From: a virus
Virus record (IMG/VR): IMGVR_UViG_3300025317_000002
Span: 19,117-83,116 of that record
DNA length: 64,000 bases
Strand: one strand, 5' to 3'
Below the pieces are notes generated by a model. It was not told the DNA's origin, searched no databases, and was given only the letters and a program-made list of their open reading frames with translations. Each line of letters opens with the position of its first letter. The stretch's first letter is position 1. Position numbers and translations under genes: made by a program. Positions 56,629 to 64,000 of the stretch are shown piece after piece.

Positions 56629-57798
56629 TTATTCAGATTTAGAAGCTTCCTTTACTTTCTTGCCTGCGACCATATCCAAACCTAAGTCACACCTCATCTT
56701 CCAATCTTCCTCGACTTTCCTTTTGACGTAGCCAAAGAGGATCGGATCGGAAAACTTCTTTCTAATCTCCTTCTTCTGAATAGGCATTGGTTTTTCTTCG
56801 AAACCATGAAGATAGTACCAAGCCCCCTCTCTCGTAACAACCTTCGTGACTGGAGACTCCAACAGATAGTAAAATGCTTCCAGCTTTTGGTCGATTCCTC
56901 GGTCAGACATGAGAGGGAATCGGCAAGAACCATAGGGTCTTCCTACTCGACTCTTAGAAACTGTAGCCTGGACAATCCTCCCAGGTACATCTCCAGCTTC
57001 CTGGAATGGAGTTTCTGCTCTGAGGGAGATTCTCTGGGAGGAGGCATATTTAGGTCCAAGACCTCCATAGACTACATCGGCCTTAAAGAATGTATTTCCT
57101 ACATCCTGGTAGACTTGGTTCAGAATTACTAGAGAGGATTTCTTGACTCCCAGAATTCCCGTAACTTGCTTTAGACCTTTCTTGATAATGATGGCATGCC
57201 GGCCCATCCCATCCTCAGATGTAACACCAGATGGCACAACAATCACTTCCTCCCCCTCTTCCAATATATTCTCTATCCCCTTCTCAGAAGGCATTCCCTT
57301 CTTGGAGACTCTTACTCCAGCTTTCTTCAGAGCAGACTTTTTGGCCTGCTGAAAGAGCTTGACTCCCCCTTCCGGAGTAAAGGCCAAAGAATCGATAACG
57401 ACCAAACTTGGATCTGTGAGAGAGCCGAGATAAGTCAGGATCACAGAGAAGAGTTCAGCAAACGAGCTCGGATTTGCGACCGCAACGCTTCTCAAATCAA
57501 CTCCAAAAGCTTCAGCTCGTTTCTTGTCAAAGGTATACTCGGTGTCCGCATAGAAGATCGAGCCCCCAAACTCTTGCATGGACCTCATAAGATGAAGTGC
57601 CATCGTGCTTTTTCCGACCCCCTCACGACCATAGATCTCGGTCGTCTTTCCTCCTGCTACTCCTCCCGAAAGGGCAAGATCTAAGAGGAGAGAACCCGTC
57701 GAGAGGCGGTAAGGCACATCAGATGGATGATCCGAAGCACCCCGCCTTACGATGGGTTCTTTCATGAGGGTGTTGATTGAATCAACAAGATCCTTCAT
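56629..57798 (-). CDS. recA: RecA/UvsX-like recombinase
   Basis: 'STGSLLLDLALSGG', Walker A 'GREGVGKST', 'DTE', Walker B 'VVIDSL', 'ILNQ', 'GG...KYASS.RI'. Confidence 0.92.
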   Translation of the reverse strand: MKDLVDSINTLMKEPIVRRGASDHPSDVPYRLSTGSLLLDLALSGGVAGGKTTEIYGREGVGKSTMALHLMRSMQEFGGSIFYADTEYTFDKKRAEAFGVDLRSVAVANPSSFAELFSVILTYLGSLTDPSLVVIDSLAFTPEGGVKLFQQAKKSALKKAGVRVSKKGMPSEKGIENILEEGEEVIVVPSGVTSEDGMGRHAIIIKKGLKQVTGILGVKKSSLVILNQVYQDVGNTFFKADVVYGGLGPKYASSQRISLRAETPFQEAGDVPGRIVQATVSKSRVGRPYGSCRFPLMSDRGIDQKLEAFYYLLESPVTKVVTREGAWYYLHGFEEKPMPIQKKEIRKKFSDPILFGYVKRKVEEDWKMRCDLGLDMVAGKKVKEASKSE

Positions 57799-57816
57799 GT
57801 TGTCCTCCTATAATCC

Positions 57817-58809
57817 CTAAAACGGAATCTCGTCTTCCGGAAACACTGCTGTGAGTTCAACTCCTGCTCCGTGCAGGCAAGGAACCACATGAGGACACGC
57901 CTGGCAATTCCTTTCATCTTTCAGTTCAGGAGTAAATTCCTCAAAGCACTCCTTAGGTTTGGCTTTTCCCGTCTTGGACATCTGGACAGAAGGGACCGGA
58001 TTGGCAGAACGCGATCCAAACGTCTGACTCCCTCCCTCTCCCCTATTTCCAAGTCTTGCCTTGATCTTGCCCGCCGCAGTTCGAAGCGCGCGGATATACT
58101 CATCATCCGGGGAGCGATAAAGCTTGTCGAGATTCACGAGCTTAGAGAGAAGCTCCGCTCTAGCCGCCTTGGAATCCGCAATCGGAGTCCGATCTGGCAA
58201 AAGGTTAGGATCGTAGCGTGTATCGTGTTGGGTTTTTCCTTTCCTCTCCAGCGAAACATCGAATCCCGTTTCCGGATGGGTGATATTTCCGATCTTGGGC
58301 TTCTTAATCTGGGAGATCAGCCACTCGTAAACAGTAGGGGGGAACTCATAGATAACCCAGTGATCTGTATGAGTCTCCCCCGTGGGAGATTCCAGAACGA
58401 GAATATTGGTCGTGCCGCGAAACTTGGCTGACATTCGCTTTACCTGCTCTTTGACTTCCTCTGAAGCTTCAGAAGAAACAGAGATCAAGGTATCACAAAT
58501 TGGACAGACAAACCCAGCCCCTTCAAAAGTCAGCGCAGGACAAGTCAGCTTGTTTCGGAGGGTATTTCGGACAGTTACCTCAGGAATTCCGAAGTGCTTG
58601 TAAACCTTCTTCACGAAAATCCCATCTTTGGACCAAGGAGGTCCGAAGCGAATCACAGAATCTCCAGGGGGGGGCGTCCACCAGACAAGAGATTCCCCAT
58701 CCGGAGCCACCCTGCCCTGCCTGAAGGATTCCCGCTTGGTTTCTCTTTCTTTGATCTCCTTTGCTTCCTTGTCAAGAAACTCGCTGTTCAACTCAAAATA
58801 GTCAGACAT
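57817..58809 (-). CDS. single-stranded DNA-binding protein (T4 gp32-like)
   Basis: 'IRF.PP', 'H', 'CP......CPIC', 'THPETGFDV', 'TRY', acidic tail 'EDEIPF'. Confidence 0.8.
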   Translation of the reverse strand: MSDYFELNSEFLDKEAKEIKERETKRESFRQGRVAPDGESLVWWTPPPGDSVIRFGPPWSKDGIFVKKVYKHFGIPEVTVRNTLRNKLTCPALTFEGAGFVCPICDTLISVSSEASEEVKEQVKRMSAKFRGTTNILVLESPTGETHTDHWVIYEFPPTVYEWLISQIKKPKIGNITHPETGFDVSLERKGKTQHDTRYDPNLLPDRTPIADSKAARAELLSKLVNLDKLYRSPDDEYIRALRTAAGKIKARLGNRGEGGSQTFGSRSANPVPSVQMSKTGKAKPKECFEEFTPELKDERNCQACPHVVPCLHGAGVELTAVFPEDEIPF

Positions 58810-58838
58810 ATTTCACCTCATGTTATGGTTCTTTTGGC

Positions 58839-59288
58839 TCAAAAATCTACGCCTTCTTTGCGTCTATTGATCGAGCACTGTTCGAGCATGGAACGTTTAA
58901 GGTCAATGAGCTTACAAAATCTAGTCATAGCTGCCTCAGCATCCAACAGCTTGGATTCTGCTTCATGAAGAGTCTGAAACTCGGGCTCAAGAATCGTAAG
59001 AGAACGAATCATTCCCTCTGTAGCAGATTTGCCATATTTCTCTTTGAGAGCCAGATAAGTCTTGGCTGAGAACCCTTCAATTTCTCCTTGAGCTTTCCGT
59101 AGCTCCCCTTCAATTTCAGAAAACTTGCTATAGAGCACAAATCCTATTCGAGGAAGAAGGAGGATCTCTTCATCCAAATCTTCCTCCGCGATATGAAGAA
59201 TTCGGATAAGCTCTTCCTGAAAGGGTAAAAGTAGCTCAGGAAGCTTAGACTCCTTAAGCAAGTTGTCTACGGCTCGAGAAAGATTCAT
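58839..59288 (-). CDS. UvsY-like recombination mediator
   Basis: Helical; 'K.ATE..I...','K..ML.Q...N.RKE'; between Pol and SSB. Confidence 0.55.
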   Translation of the reverse strand: MNLSRAVDNLLKESKLPELLLPFQEELIRILHIAEEDLDEEILLLPRIGFVLYSKFSEIEGELRKAQGEIEGFSAKTYLALKEKYGKSATEGMIRSLTILEPEFQTLHEAESKLLDAEAAMTRFCKLIDLKRSMLEQCSINRRKEGVDF

Positions 59289-62118
59289 GATACTTTTTCT
59301 CTTGAGTGGAAGTAAGTGTAAGTAATTTGTCGTCCGCTTGAAACATTTGAGTCTTGAGGCAAGCCAGGGCATCAACGGAGGAGACGCACTCGAAAATTCT
59401 CCTCAAAACCTCATGCTCTCCAGATAAGGTCGCCTTGTAGCTCGAAAGAGATCCAAGTTCTGAAATAAGCTCCAAACTAGAGACCTCGACATGCTCACCC
59501 AAGCTCGTGCCGATCACGGCGTCGCCTTGGATAGGAACCAAAAGCCAAGGATTCTGATCGAAGGTCCAGACCTCCATGAGATACTTGAGCTTATAGAGAA
59601 CGGGCAAGACCTCTTTAGGAGGACAATCCACAGAGAAGGAATCGTGCACCGTGGCAAAGAGCTTGGATTGAAGACCAAGCTTCTCAACCCATTCCGAGAA
59701 CTCCTGAAGAATACTTTCCATCAATTTGGCTGCCGCGCCCTGAATAGGAAAGTTTCCCGCTTGATTCTCTCCACTCTTCCTCGCTTTTCTATTGGCGGAT
59801 TTAATGTCTACCATGATCCGTCTGTGCCCTGTAGGGGCGTAGACCATCCCTGTTTCACACGCCTCATCTACAGCACTTTGCATGTAACTCTTAACACCTG
59901 GAAACATCTCAAAGAAAGATGCAATGAGTGCTTCCGATTCTTCAAGAGTAAGCCCAGTTTCAGCGGAAACTCGGATAGGACCAGCGCCATACCCGATGCC
60001 AAAATTAAGTGTTTTCCCTACGGATCTTTCCCTTGAAGTAATATCTTGCTCTTCTTTCTTGTAGATACAACTAGCTGTGAAACGATGAAGATCCCTCTTC
60101 TGAATGAACGCATCAATCATACCTTGTTCCTTGGAAACAGAAGCCATTACCCGAAGCTCCATCTGAGAAGCGTCAATGGAAGCGATAAGCCAGTTCCGGA
60201 AACGGGGCACAAAAACTGTCTTAATAATATCTCCCTTAGGGATTTGTTGTAGGTTAGGATTTGAACAAGAAAATCGCCCCGTTCGGGTAGCGCCAAGATT
60301 AAACTTAGCATGAATTAAACCATCTGACTTCACATGAGTAATAAGCTTGGACCCAAATGCGCTATGAAGTTTTGTGGTTTTACTGTAATTATTTATGAGT
60401 TCAATGATCTCTTTTACTTCCTTGATATTGTAGCCTAAAGACCCGTCCGCCATCCAGATTGCATCTTCTTTTGTAATTCCAAGATCTGTAGGATTGGCCC
60501 CACTACAAAGGGCAATGATCTTATCTCTTGTATCTTCATCAGTAGATGGCTCACAGGTCTTCTCTGACTTTCTGAAAGCAGGAAGCTTAAGCCCATCAAA
60601 GAAAAGCATTCTAAGATGTCTCGTAAGATGGGACTCAAAGGATTTACCTAGTCTTCTTTCAACTCGCCTCACAGAATCAAATGTAGAAAGTTGACGTTTG
60701 ATGTCAATGAGCCTCACCTGATATTCTTCATCTACCAAAGCAAGCTTATCTGGATCAATCTTGACTCCATTTCGCTCCATCCGCACGACAGATTTGATCG
60801 AACGATTCGAATACTTGTAGTAGACCCCATAAAGCCCCTCCTCTATCAACTTCTTCTGTAGATAGACAAAGAGGCGATACGTTGCATCAGCATCTTTAGC
60901 TGCATAGGGATAGAGAATCTCAAGAGGCACGTTCCCATAATGTCTACTCTCTTTCTTGAGACTCGCTAAGACACTATGCACGGAGGATTTCCAACCCCCC
61001 ATCCCTAGAATGCTCGCTGCCATATCCTCCAGCCTGTTCGAACGAGAGTTGTCATAGAGCGTATGGTGAGCCAGCATCGTATCGAATAAAACAGAGCGAA
61101 TTTGGATGCCATAACGCTCAGCCAGAAAAAGCATGTCGAAACCAATATTTGCATTTATGACGGGAACCAAATCTAGAAGCTTAGCCAAGACACTAAGAAC
61201 CCGCTTCTGAGAGAGGGAATCCGAGATAGGAGAGTCCTTGTGGAAAATAGGAAGAACAACTCCTTCCTTCTCCCTCGTGGAAAATCCGACACAAAGAAGA
61301 ATACCGTTTGGATCATACGCATCCAGAGTAGTCGTTTCAATGTCAGCGACGATCCCAGGAATCTCACCCGACCGATAACGCTTTACGACCGACCGAGCAT
61401 ACTCCTCGAACTCTGAAGGGGTCTTGAGCATAGAGTAAGACGTACCATCATCTGAAACCTTTCCTCCCACAAACTTCCAGGCATGAGCAAGATCCTCCAT
61501 AAGGAGTGTATAGGCATTCCCATGACCTTTCCCACCTTGGCGAAGAACAAAGGAAGGATGAAGTGCTGGAATTACCGTAAACTCACCTTGTGGGTAAGGA
61601 GATGCCTTAAGTTTGACTTTTAGTTCTTTTCCCCGCATGACGGTGATTTGCTTTCTACCAGTAAGAGCCCCCATTGCAGTATTACCTAAAGTCACAATAA
61701 CCTTAGGATTTAGAGTCAAGATCTCATCATGAAGAAATGGAATGCAAGCATCAATTTCATGCTTCTCGGGAGGCCTGACCCCATAACCATTATGTGCAGA
61801 GGGTTTGCAACGTATCACATTCGTCCTTCGAACGGCTACTGGAGGAATTTGAAGCGTCTCCAAGATTTCATCGAGAATCTTCCCTGCTGGCCCAATGAAT
61901 GCCTCCCCCTTCTTATCCTCATCTGTTCCAGGGCACTCTCCCACGAGAAGAATGAGAGGTTGATTGGAGCCACGAGGGGTAACCATTATTGTCTTAGCAG
62001 ATTTTCCAAGAAGACAACGGCAACTTACCTTTGAACAGGGATTGATAGGTGCCCAATCTGGAGTAAAACTAGAAGAGACTTGAGGTGAAAATTCAAGATA
62101 CTCGATTGGAAAAGCCAT
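59254..62118 (-). CDS. polA: family A DNA polymerase with N-terminal family-4 uracil-DNA glycosylase domain and 3'-5' exonuclease
   Basis: UDG 'VGECPG..ED..G..F.GPAG', 'HPSFVLR'; exo 'DIET', 'YAAKDADAT'; pol motifs 'DASQMELRV', 'KTLNFGIGYG', 'TVHDS'. Confidence 0.95.
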   Translation of the reverse strand: MAFPIEYLEFSPQVSSSFTPDWAPINPCSKVSCRCLLGKSAKTIMVTPRGSNQPLILLVGECPGTDEDKKGEAFIGPAGKILDEILETLQIPPVAVRRTNVIRCKPSAHNGYGVRPPEKHEIDACIPFLHDEILTLNPKVIVTLGNTAMGALTGRKQITVMRGKELKVKLKASPYPQGEFTVIPALHPSFVLRQGGKGHGNAYTLLMEDLAHAWKFVGGKVSDDGTSYSMLKTPSEFEEYARSVVKRYRSGEIPGIVADIETTTLDAYDPNGILLCVGFSTREKEGVVLPIFHKDSPISDSLSQKRVLSVLAKLLDLVPVINANIGFDMLFLAERYGIQIRSVLFDTMLAHHTLYDNSRSNRLEDMAASILGMGGWKSSVHSVLASLKKESRHYGNVPLEILYPYAAKDADATYRLFVYLQKKLIEEGLYGVYYKYSNRSIKSVVRMERNGVKIDPDKLALVDEEYQVRLIDIKRQLSTFDSVRRVERRLGKSFESHLTRHLRMLFFDGLKLPAFRKSEKTCEPSTDEDTRDKIIALCSGANPTDLGITKEDAIWMADGSLGYNIKEVKEIIELINNYSKTTKLHSAFGSKLITHVKSDGLIHAKFNLGATRTGRFSCSNPNLQQIPKGDIIKTVFVPRFRNWLIASIDASQMELRVMASVSKEQGMIDAFIQKRDLHRFTASCIYKKEEQDITSRERSVGKTLNFGIGYGAGPIRVSAETGLTLEESEALIASFFEMFPGVKSYMQSAVDEACETGMVYAPTGHRRIMVDIKSANRKARKSGENQAGNFPIQGAAAKLMESILQEFSEWVEKLGLQSKLFATVHDSFSVDCPPKEVLPVLYKLKYLMEVWTFDQNPWLLVPIQGDAVIGTSLGEHVEVSSLELISELGSLSSYKATLSGEHEVLRRIFECVSSVDALACLKTQMFQADDKLLTLTSTQEKKYHESFSSRRQLA

Positions 62119-62205
62119 AAAACATACCTCCTTCTAGAAGGTTCATGAGGTCAATTATGTGATTTCTTTTATAGACGCCAAATATATTTATTTGGGCCAA
62201 GGAAT

Positions 62206-62715
62206 TTAAAGAGTCAAAAGGGAATTCAAGATAAATCGATCATGGAGAAGAAATACACGAGTGTGGACTTGCTTTCGAGTTACTACATAGGTCGAAGCAA
62301 GAAACCCCATTCCGATTGAGTCTGGAAAATATAGCATGAAATCGCAATCATTGGAGATAGCTAAAGTCAAGGCGGCATAGTTTCTGAGGATTTCTCGGCT
62401 GGGAAGCTTACCTAGAAGATCCATTCCCTCGAAGGTTTCAATTGCAGAAACCGAAGATGGAATAATTCGCCTCGTGAAGGAATCTTGAGTAGGTGGGGAA
62501 TTTCGAGAATAGAGAACGATGGTCTGTGTAACACCTGGAATAAGAGAGAGTTCCTGTAAAATTTCTTTTGGAAATAGGTCCTCAATAAGGAGAGCTTTCT
62601 TATCGCGGAGGGAAAGAGCAAAGATATAGTTGAGAATTCCCTCTTTGCACTCCAAAGGACAGTCTAAGCCAGGAAGAATAGCAACCCGCTTCACACTTTG
62701 GATAAGATCTTGCAT
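62206..62715 (-). CDS. hypothetical protein
   Basis: Alpha/beta pattern; no firm motif. Confidence 0.55.
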   Translation of the reverse strand: MQDLIQSVKRVAILPGLDCPLECKEGILNYIFALSLRDKKALLIEDLFPKEILQELSLIPGVTQTIVLYSRNSPPTQDSFTRRIIPSSVSAIETFEGMDLLGKLPSREILRNYAALTLAISNDCDFMLYFPDSIGMGFLASTYVVTRKQVHTRVFLLHDRFILNSLLTL

Positions 62716-62718
62716 CGC

Positions 62719-62916
62719 TCAAGCCTCATCTAGACAAGTTCCACAGATATAGCCGTGGCAGATAAATGGGTGGAGATTCTCAAGTCTCTTCCAGTTTCCA
62801 CAGATAACACAAAGAATCTGGAGGGAGTCTTCTCTTACCTCTATCTTAATTTTCTGGGAGATGAGATCTAACCGTTTCAGATTTTCAAGAAGCCCAAGTA
62901 ACATTGTTCTATCCAT
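62719..62916 (-). CDS. small Zn-finger protein
   Basis: GGAG RBS before MDRTMLL; CxxC...C...CxxC. Confidence 0.5.
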   Translation of the reverse strand: MDRTMLLGLLENLKRLDLISQKIKIEVREDSLQILCVICGNWKRLENLHPFICHGYICGTCLDEA

Positions 62917-63352
62917 GAGAGCCTCTCCTTGGGCTATAGGTAGCCATGATATAAGACAAGACATCTGCAAGATTTCGGTCTACCTTGAACTTGAGAACTG
63001 GTCCTAATCTGGAAAGTGCATCTTCGAGATCCAAGATAGTCACAAACATTCCTAGAAACATTTCAAAATGAGCAGGACGTGGAGTAGGAATAGAATTGGG
63101 ATAAAGAAGAATGAGTTTGTTTCTCCCATAAGCATAACCAATTTTGGGAAGAAGCTCCTCATTATCTCCATCTGTTACTACCAAGACGAGATCGCTTAGT
63201 TCAATGTTATTTAGTTCATCCTGGAGAGAACCTGGGGTTCTAAAATCTCTGGAGGAAGTATGAGAGAACCCAAATTTGAGAAGAGACCCCTTAACAAGGG
63301 GAAAGCTTTTGGAAGATCCAATGATTACATGGGCGAGAGGAGTATCTTGCAT
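62909..63352 (-). CDS. nucleoside 2-deoxyribosyltransferase-like fold protein, possibly inactive
   Basis: 'DEL..IE.SDLVLVV.DG......KIGYAYG.NK.I.LY'. Confidence 0.5.
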   Translation of the reverse strand: MQDTPLAHVIIGSSKSFPLVKGSLLKFGFSHTSSRDFRTPGSLQDELNNIELSDLVLVVTDGDNEELLPKIGYAYGRNKLILLYPNSIPTPRPAHFEMFLGMFVTILDLEDALSRLGPVLKFKVDRNLADVLSYIMATYSPRRGSHG

Positions 63353-63355
63353 AAT

Positions 63356-64000
63356 CTAGCCCCTTCCAAGAGACTGAAGAATAGTCTTTGGAATTACTTC
63401 TTCCATTCCAGAACTTTGAAGGACTTTAGCAACCTTCTCCTGAACTCGTTGCATGAGACGTTTGGCACTAGATTTTGAGATTCCAAGAACCTCAGCATGA
63501 ATCTCGATGGAAGGATAATCCCTCTTACAGAGACCCTTTACCATCTGAGATTTCTTCTCATAAAGATCCCAGCTTCGAGAGTTTGTGTTGACCCTCTCAT
63601 GAAACAATATCGCTTCTTCAGGGTCCAGAGATTCAAGGATGCACTCTAGGATTTGGACGAGCTCAAGACTATGAGGTTGAAGAGTAACATCTGAAACCTC
63701 AATCTTTTCATCCTCAGTCATAATATCGAAAGAAAATTCCCTGTAACTATGAGACCCTCTTCCTCTCGTATATCTTGCCTTGGCTCTTCTTATGTCTCTT
63801 GCTACATAGTTAAGCCGCCAAAAGACAGCACGTTTAAATTTCATCTCAAGATCTTCAATATTTCCCTCTTCAATTCCCTTCAGCATAATATAAAGAAGCT
63901 TACGGCCTTCTTGCTCAAGATCTTCTGGTGTGAGATAACTACATTCGGATTTTCCCGAATAGGGGGCATATTTTCGAGCGGCTTGAACGATGGTCTTTTC
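63356..64000 (-). CDS. sigma-70-family RNA polymerase sigma factor, 5'-truncated by window edge
   Basis: Frame is open to the edge: 'EKTIVQAARKYA...LTPEDLEQEGRKLL' (region 2) and C-terminal HTH 'HAEVLGISKSSAKRLMQRVQEKV' (region 4). Confidence 0.75.
   Translation of the reverse strand, partial: EKTIVQAARKYAPYSGKSECSYLTPEDLEQEGRKLLYIMLKGIEEGNIEDLEMKFKRAVFWRLNYVARDIRRAKARYTRGRGSHSYREFSFDIMTEDEKIEVSDVTLQPHSLELVQILECILESLDPEEAILFHERVNTNSRSWDLYEKKSQMVKGLCKRDYPSIEIHAEVLGISKSSAKRLMQRVQEKVAKVLQSSGMEEVIPKTILQSLGRG

Noticed and set aside
44960-62118. Inteins or group I introns in TerL, RecA or PolA
   Set aside because: Lengths are ordinary, with no splice-junction or LAGLIDADG motifs and no interrupting stops
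63880-64000. Apparent frameshift in the sigma factor 5' region
   Set aside because: On recounting, the frame is continuous to the window edge; the ORF track simply starts at an internal ATG
1-64000. Genome-wide stop-codon reassignment
   Set aside because: TAA, TAG and TGA all end full-length conserved genes and coding density is high under code 11

Overview
This window is part of a large lytic-type tailed phage genome (contractile tail, T4-like gp19/gp20/gp32 flavours), read with standard code 11. The + strand (1-32988) is a morphogenesis module: tail tube, tail chaperone, tape measure, amidase, a 2515-aa mosaic fibre, neck, baseplate parts and two paralogous fibres. It is interrupted by an accessory block with a receiver-domain protein, small membrane proteins and a GIY-YIG endonuclease preceded by a structured leader. 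The - strand (32989-64000) carries a sigma factor, a UDG-fused family A DNA polymerase, gp32-like SSB, RecA, Tmk, RuvC, SbcCD, terminase, portal, HU and nucleotide-metabolism genes. The most unusual feature is a ~790-nt non-coding locus (50127-50911, - strand). It holds three tRNA-like RNAs that keep an acceptor stem and T-arm (two end in CCA) but have non-canonical lower halves with no normal anticodon arm, interleaved with long bulged hairpins. The same strand encodes an AsnRS-like class II synthetase catalytic domain with no anticodon-binding domain. Other oddities are an HNH-AP2 endonuclease embedded in frame inside another protein, a deoxynucleoside kinase fused to an RNAP alpha-CTD-like domain, a probable +1/-2 tail-chaperone frameshift and an orphan fibre-tip remnant. 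All product calls come from motif recognition by eye; no database searches were run.
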